Source of the DNA: Abyssalbus ytuae
GTDB taxonomy: Bacteria; Bacteroidota; Bacteroidia; Flavobacteriales; Flavobacteriaceae
Reading direction: 5' to 3'
Length of the DNA stretch: 64,000 bases
Assembly (NCBI RefSeq): GCF_022807975.1
Contig: NZ_CP094358.1
Span: 4,124,171-4,188,170, forward strand
Made by a program: the position numbers and the translations under genes. Of the stretch, positions 1 through 9,752 are shown piece by piece. How positions within the stretch are numbered: position 1 is the stretch's first letter; each line of letters starts with the position of its first letter. Under the pieces are notes generated by a model, which saw only the letters and a program-made list of their open reading frames with translations, searched no databases and was not told where the DNA came from.

Positions 1-222
1 ATACCTGCAAGGAAAGTTCTCCGTTACATACATTGTTTATATAGAAATGTCCGTTTGCATCTGTGGTTACTGTTATATTGTTTTCTATAACAATAAGAGT
101 TGCTTCGGAAAGGGGAGTTTGATCGTGAAAATCAACCACTTCCCCCGATAATATAAAATTACAATCCTGAGCTTGTATTTTAACAGCTGCCAATAACAAA
201 AAAGCAGTGACTATATGTTTCA
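1..222 (-). CDS. TonB-dependent receptor, N-terminal fragment. The signal peptide and CarboxypepD_reg-like plug-leader are present and the gene continues upstream of the window.
   Basis: Reverse-complement of 1-222 translates as MKHIVTAFLLLAAVKIQAQDCNFILSGEVVDFHDQTPLSEATLIVIENNITVTTDANGHFYINNVCNGELSLQV. This is the typical N-terminus of Bacteroidota SusC/TonB receptors. Confidence 0.5.
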
Positions 223-354
223 TAAATTGTTTGTTATTTAAACAAAAATAAATATGTTATATGATCCTTATGGTAACCATATGAAGGTATAGATCAAGAT
301 ACATATTCATAACAAGAGCAGAGTATGCCGTATAAGATGATCTGCATAAAAGTA

Positions 355-657
355 TTATGCTAAAACGGGCGGTGGCCTTGAAAAAAGGGATTCTGTAGAA
401 ATCTCTCCGGCAGAAATAAAATAATAAAGTAATTTAACTTCCGAAGTCAAAAAAAGAGGAGCTTCCGAAATGGGAGAGGATACTTCATTACCAATAACAG
501 GAGTATGATCATTTAAAAGGGTAAAATCACACAGTTCGCATGACTTGTTATTATCCTCATCGTCGTGTGTTAATACATGCAAGCCGGCTACTTTTACAAA
601 AAGAAAAATAACCAGAAAAAAATAGGAAAGTGTATTTCTTAACCGACTCACAATCAT
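355..657 (-). CDS. Hypothetical small membrane-anchored protein.
   Basis: ORF-track ORF with an N-terminal hydrophobic segment (FFLVIFLFVKVAGL). No recognisable domain. Confidence 0.25.
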   Translation of the reverse strand: MIVSRLRNTLSYFFLVIFLFVKVAGLHVLTHDDEDNNKSCELCDFTLLNDHTPVIGNEVSSPISEAPLFLTSEVKLLYYFISAGEISTESLFSRPPPVLA

Positions 658-789
658 ACAGCACAAACCTACCTAATAAAAATTAATCTAAATGTTAAGG
701 AATTGTGAATTTTATATATTGAAGGGGGATTTAAATTTATTTTCCATATTAAAAATATATTTAAGTATTTTTGCCGTTCATTTTTCAGA

Positions 790-1155
790 ATGAAACGTGT
801 ATTACCCATAATATTCACTTTCCTGTATTTGCTGGCTATGCTTAGGCCGGTAATGCCGGTATTTGAGTATATTATCAATAAAGATTATATAGCTGAATTT
901 TATTGTGTTAATAAAGATAAACCCATGCTTAACTGTGATGGGAAATGTTATCTTGCCAAGATGATACAGGCTCAGCAGGAAGATAAGAAGCAAAATCTTC
1001 CCGGTATAGACCTGAGGGAATATCCAATCGGTTTTGTAAATATAACTGAATGTAACCTGAGAAATCCGAAAGAATTTATAAATAAGAGCTTCTTTTACCA
1101 GGAACTCTATTCTTACCAAATACATCCTTCCATTTATCACCCGCCGGACTGTTGA
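790..1155 (+). CDS. Hypothetical secreted or membrane protein containing cysteines.
   Basis: The N-terminus MKRVLPIIFTFLYLLAML is a signal-like hydrophobic stretch. No known motif. Confidence 0.35.
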   Translation: MKRVLPIIFTFLYLLAMLRPVMPVFEYIINKDYIAEFYCVNKDKPMLNCDGKCYLAKMIQAQQEDKKQNLPGIDLREYPIGFVNITECNLRNPKEFINKSFFYQELYSYQIHPSIYHPPDC

Positions 1156-1371
1156 TTTCAAATATATTTTAAACTCATCTTAACTTTTTGTGTTTGACCG
1201 AAAACGAGATGGGTTCTATGAGTATGGAAGCTACTTCCATATCATCATTTAATCTTTTTAAATACAAAAAACCTATCAGGTCACTTTTGTAAAAAGGATT
1301 GTAATGCCTGTATATACATAAACAGCACAAAATCGAATTAAAATTAAATCTGAATAAATTAAAAAACACTT

Positions 1372-2175
1372 ATGAAATCAACATATTTGATCATTTCTTT
1401 AATGATCCTGTCAATTACCATTTTTTCATGTAGTAATAATGATGATGCAGACATGTCACTAACCGGAACGGGAGACGTAAAAATAGACTTTGATAACAGC
1501 TTTAACGGAAATGATTTGTTATTGGAAACTTCCGGATTTACAAACTCTATGGGAGAAAATCTTACCATAAACCGTCTTAATTATATAGTCAGTAATTTTG
1601 TGTTAACGGACGAGAACGGAAATAAATTTATCTATCCTAAAGATCAAAGCTATTTTAGTACAAGTGAAGAGTCCGGAAATACAGAAATCACCCTTAGTGA
1701 AATACCTGCAGGGCGGTATGTTTCTGTTTCTTTTGGGATAGGAGTAGACCAGGAAAAATACAAGCAGGGAGCAGAAGGCCAAGGAACTTTCCTTACTGAA
1801 GCCGAAGAAACTCAAATGATGTGGAGCTGGCAGGCCGGTTATAAATTCCTGAATTTTGAAGGCACATTTACTTCTGCAACAGTTACCGATGCTACTAATT
1901 TTAAAATTCATATGGGTAGTCACGGAACTGCACTGGATAATTATAAAGAAGTTACTCTGCCGTTAGGAACTGAAGCTTTAGTGAGTAATAGCATGAACCC
2001 TATAATTCATATTGTTGCTGATGCAAATGCTATTTTAGACGGACAAAATAAGATTTCTCTTTCAGAACAACCCGTTATTATGGTTGATGAAGTGAAGTCT
2101 CCTCAAATAGCAGTAAATACTTCGGGTATGTTTACCGTACATCATGTACATAACGGTGAAGGAGATTCGCATTAA
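1372..2175 (+). CDS. MbnP-like periplasmic lipoprotein, a putative copper-binding partner of the downstream di-heme peroxidase.
   Basis: Lipoprotein signal peptide MKSTYLIISLMILSITIFSCSNN. There is a conserved Trp-rich segment WSWQAGYKFLNFEG. The gene sits immediately upstream of an MbnH-type cytochrome c peroxidase, the usual MbnP/MbnH arrangement. Confidence 0.5.
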   Translation: MKSTYLIISLMILSITIFSCSNNDDADMSLTGTGDVKIDFDNSFNGNDLLLETSGFTNSMGENLTINRLNYIVSNFVLTDENGNKFIYPKDQSYFSTSEESGNTEITLSEIPAGRYVSVSFGIGVDQEKYKQGAEGQGTFLTEAEETQMMWSWQAGYKFLNFEGTFTSATVTDATNFKIHMGSHGTALDNYKEVTLPLGTEALVSNSMNPIIHIVADANAILDGQNKISLSEQPVIMVDEVKSPQIAVNTSGMFTVHHVHNGEGDSH

Positions 2176-2186
2176 TTCATATAACC

Positions 2187-2221
2187 GGGAGAGTGGTTTT
2201 TAACCTCTCCCGGTTTTTTCC
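2187..2221 (+). terminator. Rho-independent terminator or attenuator between the mbnP-like and mbnH-like genes.
   Basis: A perfect 9-10 bp inverted repeat, ccgggagag...ctctcccgg, with an 11-nt loop, followed by TTTTTT. Confidence 0.6.
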
Positions 2222-2234
2222 AAAAATTATAGCG

Positions 2235-3275
2235 ATGAAAAACATATACCTGATAATTTTGTTATTGGGAATTATTTCCTGTAGCAATTATGAAGATACC
2301 TATGTTGAAACCGACGAATTATTAAACTTTGTTGTGCCATCAAACTTTCCGGAGGTTAAGTATAATATAGAGTCCAATCCGCCTACAAAATTTGGGTTTG
2401 AGCTGGGTAAAAAACTGTTTTATGATGGTAAATTATCTTCCAGCGGATTTATTTCCTGTGGTTTTTGTCATGAACAACGGTATGCTTTTACCCATCATGG
2501 CCATCAATTCAGTCATGGGGTAAATGACCGGGAAGGTACGCGTAATGCCCCCATGATAGCAAATATGGCTTTTCTGGAGGAATTTGCCTGGGACGGAGCT
2601 ACTGCAAACCTGGATTTGTTTCCAATTATTCCCATAACCAATGAAGTGGAAATGGATGAAACCATGTCTGGCGTTTTGGATAAAATAAGCTCAGATGCCG
2701 AATACCGGGACATGTTTGCTAAAGCTTTTGAAGATGGCGCAGTAAACAATGAAAATTTTTTAAAAGCCTTATCCCAGTTTATGCTCATGATGGTGTCGTC
2801 CAATTCAAAATACGATCAATATGTAAGGGGGGAAAACGGGGTTCAGCTTTCAGAAAAAGAACTTACAGGTTTAGATATATTTAAACAAAAATGTGCAGGT
2901 TGTCATGCTACGGATTTATTTACAGACGGAAGTTTTCGCAATAACGGACTTCCTCCAAACCCTGCATTGGACGATCTGGGCAGGGCACTCGTTAGTGGCA
3001 GTACTAATGATGAGTATAAGTTTAAAGTGCCAAGTTTAAGAAATATAGCTTTAACGGCTCCTTACATGCACGATGGCCGTTTTGGAAGCCTGGAGGCAGT
3101 ATTAGACTTCTATGACCATGGGGTGGTGGATTCACCTACTATTGATCCGTTACTTCAATCGGATAATATGCTGGGAATTTCTATCAAGGCCGAAGAAAGA
3201 GACGCTCTTATTGCTTTTATGAATACCCTTACCGATACTACTTTTATTAATGATGAACGATTTTCAGAATATTAA
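2235..3275 (+). CDS. Di-heme cytochrome c peroxidase of the MbnH/CCP family.
   Basis: Two CxxCH heme motifs, CGFCHEQ and CAGCHAT. There is a lipoprotein signal, MKNIYLIILLLGIISCSN. The ORF-track start at 2193 lies inside the upstream terminator hairpin, so the ATG at 2235 is preferred. Confidence 0.8.
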   Translation: MKNIYLIILLLGIISCSNYEDTYVETDELLNFVVPSNFPEVKYNIESNPPTKFGFELGKKLFYDGKLSSSGFISCGFCHEQRYAFTHHGHQFSHGVNDREGTRNAPMIANMAFLEEFAWDGATANLDLFPIIPITNEVEMDETMSGVLDKISSDAEYRDMFAKAFEDGAVNNENFLKALSQFMLMMVSSNSKYDQYVRGENGVQLSEKELTGLDIFKQKCAGCHATDLFTDGSFRNNGLPPNPALDDLGRALVSGSTNDEYKFKVPSLRNIALTAPYMHDGRFGSLEAVLDFYDHGVVDSPTIDPLLQSDNMLGISIKAEERDALIAFMNTLTDTTFINDERFSEY

Positions 3276-3278
3276 AAA

Positions 3279-4256
3279 ATGAAACACATAATTATTATAT
3301 TAACTTTTTTTTGTACCATAATTCAAATTAAAGGAAACAATAATCCCGGGAAACCTTCGGAAAGGAAACCAAAACCAAACATTTTTTCTTTTTATGATTT
3401 TTGCGACGTATGCGGATGCAGTGCCAATGGCGGTAGTATGGGGTTCAGTACCGGATTGAACAATAATTTTGCCGGTATAAGGTACATAGGCCAGCAATAT
3501 CGCTCCAGGGATGGTATTTTTAACAACTCCCCCTGGATAGACGAGAATTTTAATACCTTTCAGCTATGGGGTAAAATTCCTTTGGGTAAAAAGTTTTTAA
3601 TAAACGCATTGGTTCCCTACCATAGTCATAATCGTAAGTTTAATGATGGCTCTACCCAAAAGATAAATGGTTTGGGCGACATTACCTTATTAGGATATTT
3701 TAAGATTATAAGTCCCCAGGCCGATAGTATCAACCTTAAAACAATACAACATTCCTTACACCTGGGAACCGGACTGAAAATACCTACGGGTGAATTTGAC
3801 AGGGAAAATATTGAAGGTAGTGTAAACCCGGGCTTCCAGGTAGGAACAGGTAGCTGGGATTATATTTTTGCAGTTAATTATTCTTTAACTTATGAAAGCT
3901 GGGGTATTACAACCTTGTTGAATTATACCATAAAAACAGAAAATGACAAACAGTACCATTTCGGAAATCAATGGAATTATGCCGCGAATGTTTATAAAGT
4001 TTACAACCTGTCAGATAAAATGGTTTTAACCCCCCAGGCAGGAGTGGCCGGTGAGTATTTTGATAAAAACCGGGAATTTAATCTTGCTGTCCCATATACG
4101 GGTGGAAACGTTTTTTTCGGAAGGTTGGGAATAGAAGCAGGGTATAAACGGTTTGCTTGGGGAGTATCAGCAATGCTTCCCGTTTCGCAGGATTTAAGCG
4201 ATAAAAAAGTTGAAATAAAAAGAAGGTTATCCTTTTATTTAAATATGAATATTTAA
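3279..4256 (+). CDS. Putative outer-membrane beta-barrel protein, apparently co-transcribed with the peroxidase pair.
   Basis: Signal peptide. The sequence is rich in alternating aromatic, Gly and Tyr residues. It has a C-terminal aromatic-rich end typical of OM barrels. A Cys cluster CDVCGCSANGG sits near the N-terminus. Confidence 0.45.
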   Translation: MKHIIIILTFFCTIIQIKGNNNPGKPSERKPKPNIFSFYDFCDVCGCSANGGSMGFSTGLNNNFAGIRYIGQQYRSRDGIFNNSPWIDENFNTFQLWGKIPLGKKFLINALVPYHSHNRKFNDGSTQKINGLGDITLLGYFKIISPQADSINLKTIQHSLHLGTGLKIPTGEFDRENIEGSVNPGFQVGTGSWDYIFAVNYSLTYESWGITTLLNYTIKTENDKQYHFGNQWNYAANVYKVYNLSDKMVLTPQAGVAGEYFDKNREFNLAVPYTGGNVFFGRLGIEAGYKRFAWGVSAMLPVSQDLSDKKVEIKRRLSFYLNMNI

Positions 4257-4269
4257 TTTTCTAAGTCGG

Positions 4270-4345
4270 TTCTATATTCCTTGGAGGTTTTTTATGGAAT
4301 CTGTTTATAAAATAAGGCAGGTTGGATTTGGTAAAGAAGACAGAA
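4270..4345. repeat. Direct repeat, copy 1 of about 75 bp, flanking the parD-like gene.
   Basis: cttggaggttttttatggaatctgtttataaaataaggcaggttggatttggtaaagaagacag. It is repeated, with a short insertion, at 4697-4780. Confidence 0.7.
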
Positions 4346-4412
4346 TGATAGATGGATTAAAAGAGGACATGTCTATATTTGTCAAAAACAGACATGTTGA
4401 TTATATTTGAAT

Positions 4413-4637
4413 ATGAATATAAGTTTTACAAAAAAACAGGAAGAATATATTGCCAGACAGGTGGAGTCCGGTGATTATCAGAACAACAGTGAAGTTATAC
4501 GCGATGCATTGAGGCTTCATAGTATATATCGCGAAAAAGTTATTAATGATTTAAGAACGGAAATAGAAAAAGGATGGGATGGGCCGGACAGTAAGAAAAC
4601 CTTAGAAGAAATTATTGCTTTAAAGAAAAACAAATGA
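4413..4637 (+). CDS. parD: ParD-like (RHH/CopG fold) type II antitoxin with no cognate toxin gene.
   Basis: Motif EEYIARQVESGDYQNNSEVIRDALRL, typical of ParD. A TTG at 4407 or the ATG at 4413 could be the start. No ParE/RelE-sized ORF follows. Confidence 0.55.
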   Translation: MNISFTKKQEEYIARQVESGDYQNNSEVIRDALRLHSIYREKVINDLRTEIEKGWDGPDSKKTLEEIIALKKNK

Positions 4638-4696
4638 TGCATGAATATTCTCCACTTTTTAGCTGGATTCATTTTCTAACTCCATTTAGATTTGGT

Positions 4697-4780
4697 TCAA
4701 TATTTCTTGGAGGTTTTTTATGGAATCTTTTTATAAAATAGGGCAGGTTGGATTTGGTAAATTGGTAAAGAAGACAGGGT
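4697..4780. repeat. Direct repeat, copy 2.
   Basis: Same sequence as 4270-4345. Both copies begin with GGAGG followed by an ATG start, opening short ORFs of 38 and 26 codons. Confidence 0.7.
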
Positions 4781-4794
4781 ATACCCAAACTATC

Positions 4795-6051
4795 TCATGA
4801 TTTTAAAGGAGTAGGGCGCTCCCATTTTTTATCAAATTCATTTTTAATAGTGGCGAGTTCCTGCTTTAAAGCTTTTTTCCTGCCAGCCGATATTTTAGTG
4901 CTTTTTACCAGGTAATTTATGGTTTCTATAAGGGCGGAGGAAACAGACTTGTCATTCTTACAATAATTATACACCGGCTGTATCATTTTTTCTACCAGTT
5001 GGGCGGAGGAAATATTGTGTAAAATCAGGTCAAACTCAAAGTCTTTCAGGGTTTTTTGGTGTGTATCATGAAGTTGCAGGGACCTATGCATTAGTTGTCC
5101 CATTTTTCTAACGGCTTCAATGGCAGTTCCCGGATCGTTAATGCCCGGCGACATCGCTTTAACAGCCACCTCCATAAGCATTACCATGCCTCCGTTTCCG
5201 CTGTTGGGATTTTGTCTGTCGTGTGAAATATCCATGGCAAATAAAAGAGATTCTATTTCCTCTTCAGTTAAACCCTCATCCACCCGGAGTACTACATCAC
5301 CTTCCCATATATGCTCATCAATATAAGGAATAACCTCTATAACTCCCTGTTTTTGTTTTAACGGCCCATGTAAAACAGATTCTTCAAAACCCCGGTAATA
5401 TCCGGTTTTTCCCGATGCAATTTCAACATATTTCCTGTCCTTCATAGATTTATCCGAAGGAGACTGTTCTTCTTTTGCCCTGTCAAGCACCAGGGAAGCT
5501 TTTCGGTATATCCTCAGGATAATATTTTGCACCTGCACCGCCTGTGAAATATTATGAATAAAAAAGATAAAAAGGCCTATACAAAGAAAACCCAGCAGGG
5601 CCGAAATCATAATAGAAATACCCAGGGAGTCCTGCCGCCCGTCGTGTGTGGCTCCCTGCGATATAAGCACGGTAATAATGTATAATAATGTACCTATGTA
5701 AAACCCGAGAATAAGCTGATGGGTTTTGTTGGAAATAAGATTAGGAAGTAGCCGTGGCGAAAAGTTAGCCGAGGTTTGGTTAAGTACCACCATTACCATG
5801 GTAAAACTAAATACTATTAAAGAGATAATACCGCCCACAAAGGTGTTAAGAACCGAACGGGCAGTTTCATAATCATCAATAAACAAATAAGGGAAATTTT
5901 CCCGGAGATTGCTTACCACCCCCAGTTTATCGGCCGACATGGAGGCCACCGCAAAGAAAAAGAAAAAGGTACTTATAATTACAGGATAAAAGGCAATACT
6001 TTGCATAATGCGGGTTTTAAGCCTTTTAATAAACTTGATATTTACTTTCAT
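4795..6051 (-). CDS. DUF2254-like integral membrane protein.
   Basis: An N-terminal block of several hydrophobic helices is followed by a large soluble C-terminal domain. Overall architecture and length (418 aa) fit DUF2254. Confidence 0.5.
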   Translation of the reverse strand: MKVNIKFIKRLKTRIMQSIAFYPVIISTFFFFFAVASMSADKLGVVSNLRENFPYLFIDDYETARSVLNTFVGGIISLIVFSFTMVMVVLNQTSANFSPRLLPNLISNKTHQLILGFYIGTLLYIITVLISQGATHDGRQDSLGISIMISALLGFLCIGLFIFFIHNISQAVQVQNIILRIYRKASLVLDRAKEEQSPSDKSMKDRKYVEIASGKTGYYRGFEESVLHGPLKQKQGVIEVIPYIDEHIWEGDVVLRVDEGLTEEEIESLLFAMDISHDRQNPNSGNGGMVMLMEVAVKAMSPGINDPGTAIEAVRKMGQLMHRSLQLHDTHQKTLKDFEFDLILHNISSAQLVEKMIQPVYNYCKNDKSVSSALIETINYLVKSTKISAGRKKALKQELATIKNEFDKKWERPTPLKS

Positions 6052-6431
6052 AAAATTGGTTGATTCTTAAAATAGTAAGTTCGTTATTATTTCCTTAAAG
6101 GGTTAACACTAAACAATTAAATTTTGTCGTGATTGAAAGGGCAAATACCCGGTGCCCGGTGGCGGATGTAATCCGTAGTGAGTATTCACTGTTCAGAATA
6201 GCCGGATAACCGAAGGCGTTCATAATTATGAATGCAGAATTTTTGAAAACCACTTATATCTTCAAAAGTTCCACTTATTACTTTTTAATACCATATATAC
6301 CAAACTAAACCTTATTATTGCGGCTCACAAGTAAAGAAAAATATTACTTGTCCCTAAAGTGGTTGTTTATTCACAACTCTATTTTTTTCTTTCTTTTTAA
6401 AGACAAGGAATCAACTATAAAATTATAAATC

Positions 6432-7094
6432 ATGAAAGGTAAAGAAGATAATCAAGCTAAAAATCCTTTAAAAGAATTCATGTATCATGGAGTATATGAA
6501 AAAACAAAAATGGATGAATTAGTAGATGAAGAGCAGCCCCGTCTTACTAAAAATCCCTTAGGAGAATTCATGTATCCTGAAGTATATGAAAACACAAAAA
6601 TGGATGAATTAATAGATACAGAACAACCCCGTCCTATTATATTGTATATACAAAATGGAAAACTTATAAAAGAAGAAGTGGATGAGGATCTTTCGCTGGA
6701 AGCATTCAATTTGAGTCTGGCGGAGAACAAAAAATCTGCTATAGAAAACGGGGTACAATATACCGATTTAGGAAACGGAGAGTATTTAATCACAGTTTTT
6801 GAGGACTCTAAATATTATAATGAACTTGAAAAGTTAATAGAGAAATTGGAAAGGGGAGAAGAAGTTGATTTGGACAAAGTAGAAATGACGGAAGGTTTAA
6901 AAGATATATTATCACTCTCTCTGGATAAAATAGAAGAAAAGATAGAGAAAAATCAAAAACGGGACCTGACTGAGCTTACGAAAACACAAAATCAAAGCAA
7001 AGTACCACAAAATGCTCAGAAAAATTCAGCTACACAGGGTGTAGATCAATCAGCAACAAAACGACATAGCCAACAACGAAGACCAAGGATATAA
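6432..7094 (+). CDS. Hypothetical acidic protein with an internal tandem repeat.
   Basis: The roughly 37-aa unit KNPLxEFMYxxVYExTKMDELxDxEQPR occurs twice. The tail is Glu/Lys-rich coiled-coil-like. Confidence 0.5.
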   Translation: MKGKEDNQAKNPLKEFMYHGVYEKTKMDELVDEEQPRLTKNPLGEFMYPEVYENTKMDELIDTEQPRPIILYIQNGKLIKEEVDEDLSLEAFNLSLAENKKSAIENGVQYTDLGNGEYLITVFEDSKYYNELEKLIEKLERGEEVDLDKVEMTEGLKDILSLSLDKIEEKIEKNQKRDLTELTKTQNQSKVPQNAQKNSATQGVDQSATKRHSQQRRPRI

Positions 7095-7454
7095 TTAAGC
7101 AAGGCCTCAAAAAAAAAATTATGTGTAACGATTTTTTGTCATATTGAGCGCAGTCGAAATATACTAAAGATTATTTCCCGACTACCCTAAATGGCAAAAA
7201 AAATAACTTTTGAGGCCTTAAGTTTTGCAAAGCAAATCGGGGGGTGTATAACTACTTACACAAAAATATCATTATTAATACTGTTGGCCATATTTTCCAA
7301 ACCTCACAGGTTTTCCGCCATAGGCGGATAAGTAAGAACCTGTGAGGTTTTCCATTACTTTTTAACACCTAACTATTGTTTTTATATAAGGGAGTTCGAA
7401 AATCTCATCATTCGGTTTCTTTTGTTTTAGAGCAAAAGAAATTATTTTTGAGAT

Positions 7455-7790
7455 ATGAAAGAATCTTGTTTTCCTGAAATAATAGACAGGCATCCCAGTG
7501 CAAAAATTCTGTTAGAAGGAGTTATTTCCCGGTTAGTGCAGGCGGGTAATCAACAGTTTATTTTTATGGAATTTGAAAAGGATGTTGAAGTACCCACACA
7601 TTCCCACAATGCCCAATGGGGCGTTGTTTTAGAGGGTGAAATGGAATTGACTGTTAATGGGGAACCCCGCATATTGAAAAAAGGTGATAGCTATTTTCTG
7701 GAAAAAGGGGTTTTACATTCTGCTAAAATTAAGGCCGGTTATAAAGATTTAACGTTATTTGATGAAGCCGACAGGTATAAGGCTCAATAA
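7455..7790 (+). CDS. Cupin-domain protein.
   Basis: Cupin motifs HSHNAQWGVVLEGEMEL and GDSYFLEKGVLHS. Confidence 0.7.
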   Translation: MKESCFPEIIDRHPSAKILLEGVISRLVQAGNQQFIFMEFEKDVEVPTHSHNAQWGVVLEGEMELTVNGEPRILKKGDSYFLEKGVLHSAKIKAGYKDLTLFDEADRYKAQ

Positions 7791-7896
7791 TTTTAATGTC
7801 TTTTGCCAATCATTTATTCTTCAATTTAAGGTAGCGATTTTGTTATATAACGGATCACTTTTTTACACTAAATACTAACACTTAAGTAGGAAGAAA

Positions 7897-8409
7897 TTAT
7901 TCTATGTTAAAGGTTTGTATAACTTTTCCTTTTAATTGATGTCCTTCATCTGTTTCCACATCAAGGATCATTTTATAGGTGTTTTCTTCTAAGAAAGTTA
8001 CCACAATGGTGCCGCTTGTTAAGCTTCCGCCAATGCTGCCACAGGTTTCTCCTTCAATATCGTTTGTTGTACAGGGAACTGTATATGAAAAAGAACTATC
8101 AGAGTTAAAGGTGTTTACTTCTAAGGAGTTGTTAGCTACAAAGGTTGTTTCCCGGGGCGGATTTTCCGGATCTACATACATTTCCAGCCGTAAAAAGAAA
8201 GGATTAGAGTTTCCGGCAAAAAAACCGGAGATACCGAATACATTATTGTTTTCCCGGTAAATAGCTGATTCTACTTCCACTTGTTTTAATTCTCCAAAAA
8301 TTTCAAATTCTGCTACAGGGGCATTTTCATTTACCGGGTCATCACTTGAGGAGCACCCTGTTATTGATATGGCTATAAACAACAGTATTAGATAAAAATG
8401 AGGTTTCAC
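7897..8409 (-). CDS. Hypothetical lipoprotein.
   Basis: Lipobox: MKPHFYLILLFIAISITGCSSSDD. Confidence 0.55.
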   Translation of the reverse strand: MKPHFYLILLFIAISITGCSSSDDPVNENAPVAEFEIFGELKQVEVESAIYRENNNVFGISGFFAGNSNPFFLRLEMYVDPENPPRETTFVANNSLEVNTFNSDSSFSYTVPCTTNDIEGETCGSIGGSLTSGTIVVTFLEENTYKMILDVETDEGHQLKGKVIQTFNIE

Positions 8410-8707
8410 AGGTTTAGATTTTAAGGTTACTTAATTATTAATTATCCGGAATAGCAATAGTCTTGTCTTTATTGGATGGGGAAAATAACTAATAGCAGGT
8501 GAAAAAAAGTCCCAAATTATAAATTGGAACATGTAATATTCTTTTATACCGCACATTAAAAAAATAAATTCCGAACTAATAAGTCAAATCCCCTCATAGT
8601 GAATTTTAGCTTCCTTTAGGAAAGTTGATATTTTTTTCTGCTTAACTAAATCCGGACTTTTCAACAAAGTTTAGTATGGAATTTATAAAGAATTTTGTTC
8701 TATAAAA

Positions 8708-9748
8708 GTGAAAACAATGAAATATAAAGAAACGGTTTTAGTAACAGGGGGTACAGGTTTTTTGGGTGCCCATACCATCATTCAGTTATTACAGCAAGGG
8801 TATAAAGTAAAAACCACGATCCGTTCATTAAAAAGAAAAGAGGATGTACTGGAGATGCTTAAAAACGGGGGCATAACTTCGTTTAATAATCTGGAATTTA
8901 CAGAAGCCGATTTAATAAAAGACACTCACTGGAATGATGCTGTAAAAGATTGCAAATATGTATTACACATAGCTTCACCTTTTCCCTCGGGTGAACCAAA
9001 GGATGAGAACGAACTTATTATTCCTGCTAAAGAAGGAACTTTGCGAGTGCTGAGGGCTGCTCAAAAAGCAGGGGTAAAGCGTGTTGTGATGACGTCTTCT
9101 TTTGCTTCGATAGGCTATAGTATTAACCCTGACAATCATGTTTTTACGGAACAAGACCGGACAGACCCCCATACAAAGATTGGCGCATACATTAAGTCAA
9201 AAACACTAGCTGAACAAGCTGCCTGGGATTTTATTAAAACTCAAGGAAATGCATTAGAGCTTACCGTTATTAATCCTGTGGGAATGTTTGGCCCTGTTTT
9301 AGGCAAAGATTTTGCGAGTTCAGTACAACTGGTACAACATCTTATGAGTGGTAAAACGCCTGCTGTACCCAAAGTTTATTTTGGTATTGTGGATGTTCGT
9401 GATGCAGCAGATCTCCATATCAGGGCTATGATAAGTGAAGAGGCTAAAAATCAGCGATTTTTGGCGTGTGCCGACGATGGTACTTCTTTACCGGAAATAG
9501 CTACAATTCTTCGTCTGCAGCATAATGAATTTACGAAAAAGGTGACTAAAAAAATACTTCCTAATTGGTTAGTGAAAATTCTATCCTATTTTAAGCCTGA
9601 ATTAAAATTGGTGGCTTCCCAGGTAGGTATTATAAAAACTATTTCTAACGAAAAAGCAAAAAAGGTTTTGGGTTGGAAACCTAGAAATAAAGAAGTGATT
9701 ATAACGGATACGGCAGATAGTTTAATTAAGTTTGGTATTATAAAATAA
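8708..9748 (+). CDS. NAD(P)-dependent epimerase/dehydratase-family reductase of the SDR class, resembling aldehyde or cinnamoyl-CoA reductases.
   Basis: Rossmann motif VLVTGGTGFLGAH and the YxxxK catalytic motif in YIKSK. Confidence 0.8.
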   Translation: MKTMKYKETVLVTGGTGFLGAHTIIQLLQQGYKVKTTIRSLKRKEDVLEMLKNGGITSFNNLEFTEADLIKDTHWNDAVKDCKYVLHIASPFPSGEPKDENELIIPAKEGTLRVLRAAQKAGVKRVVMTSSFASIGYSINPDNHVFTEQDRTDPHTKIGAYIKSKTLAEQAAWDFIKTQGNALELTVINPVGMFGPVLGKDFASSVQLVQHLMSGKTPAVPKVYFGIVDVRDAADLHIRAMISEEAKNQRFLACADDGTSLPEIATILRLQHNEFTKKVTKKILPNWLVKILSYFKPELKLVASQVGIIKTISNEKAKKVLGWKPRNKEVIITDTADSLIKFGIIK

Positions 9749-9752
9749 AGTA

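Noticed and set aside
2513-2803. Antisense ORFs nested inside confident genes. They are:
- 2513-2803;
- 3300-3497;
- 5120-5326;
- 6485-6793;
- 7979-8260;
- 8975-9172;
- 11649-11840;
- 12664-12861;
- 16145-16615;
- 33657-33938;
- 34899-35180;
- 35685-36017;
- 36720-37019;
- 51717-51959;
- 53386-53703;
- 55444-55980;
- 56704-57177;
- 62426-63191.
   Set aside because: Each lies wholly inside a longer ORF with clear family motifs on the other strand. They are typical shadow ORFs.
6060-6430. Possible riboswitch upstream of the repeat-protein gene (cccggtgcccggtggcggatgtaatccg...)
   Set aside because: I could not match it to any riboswitch consensus I know. It has only one weak hairpin.
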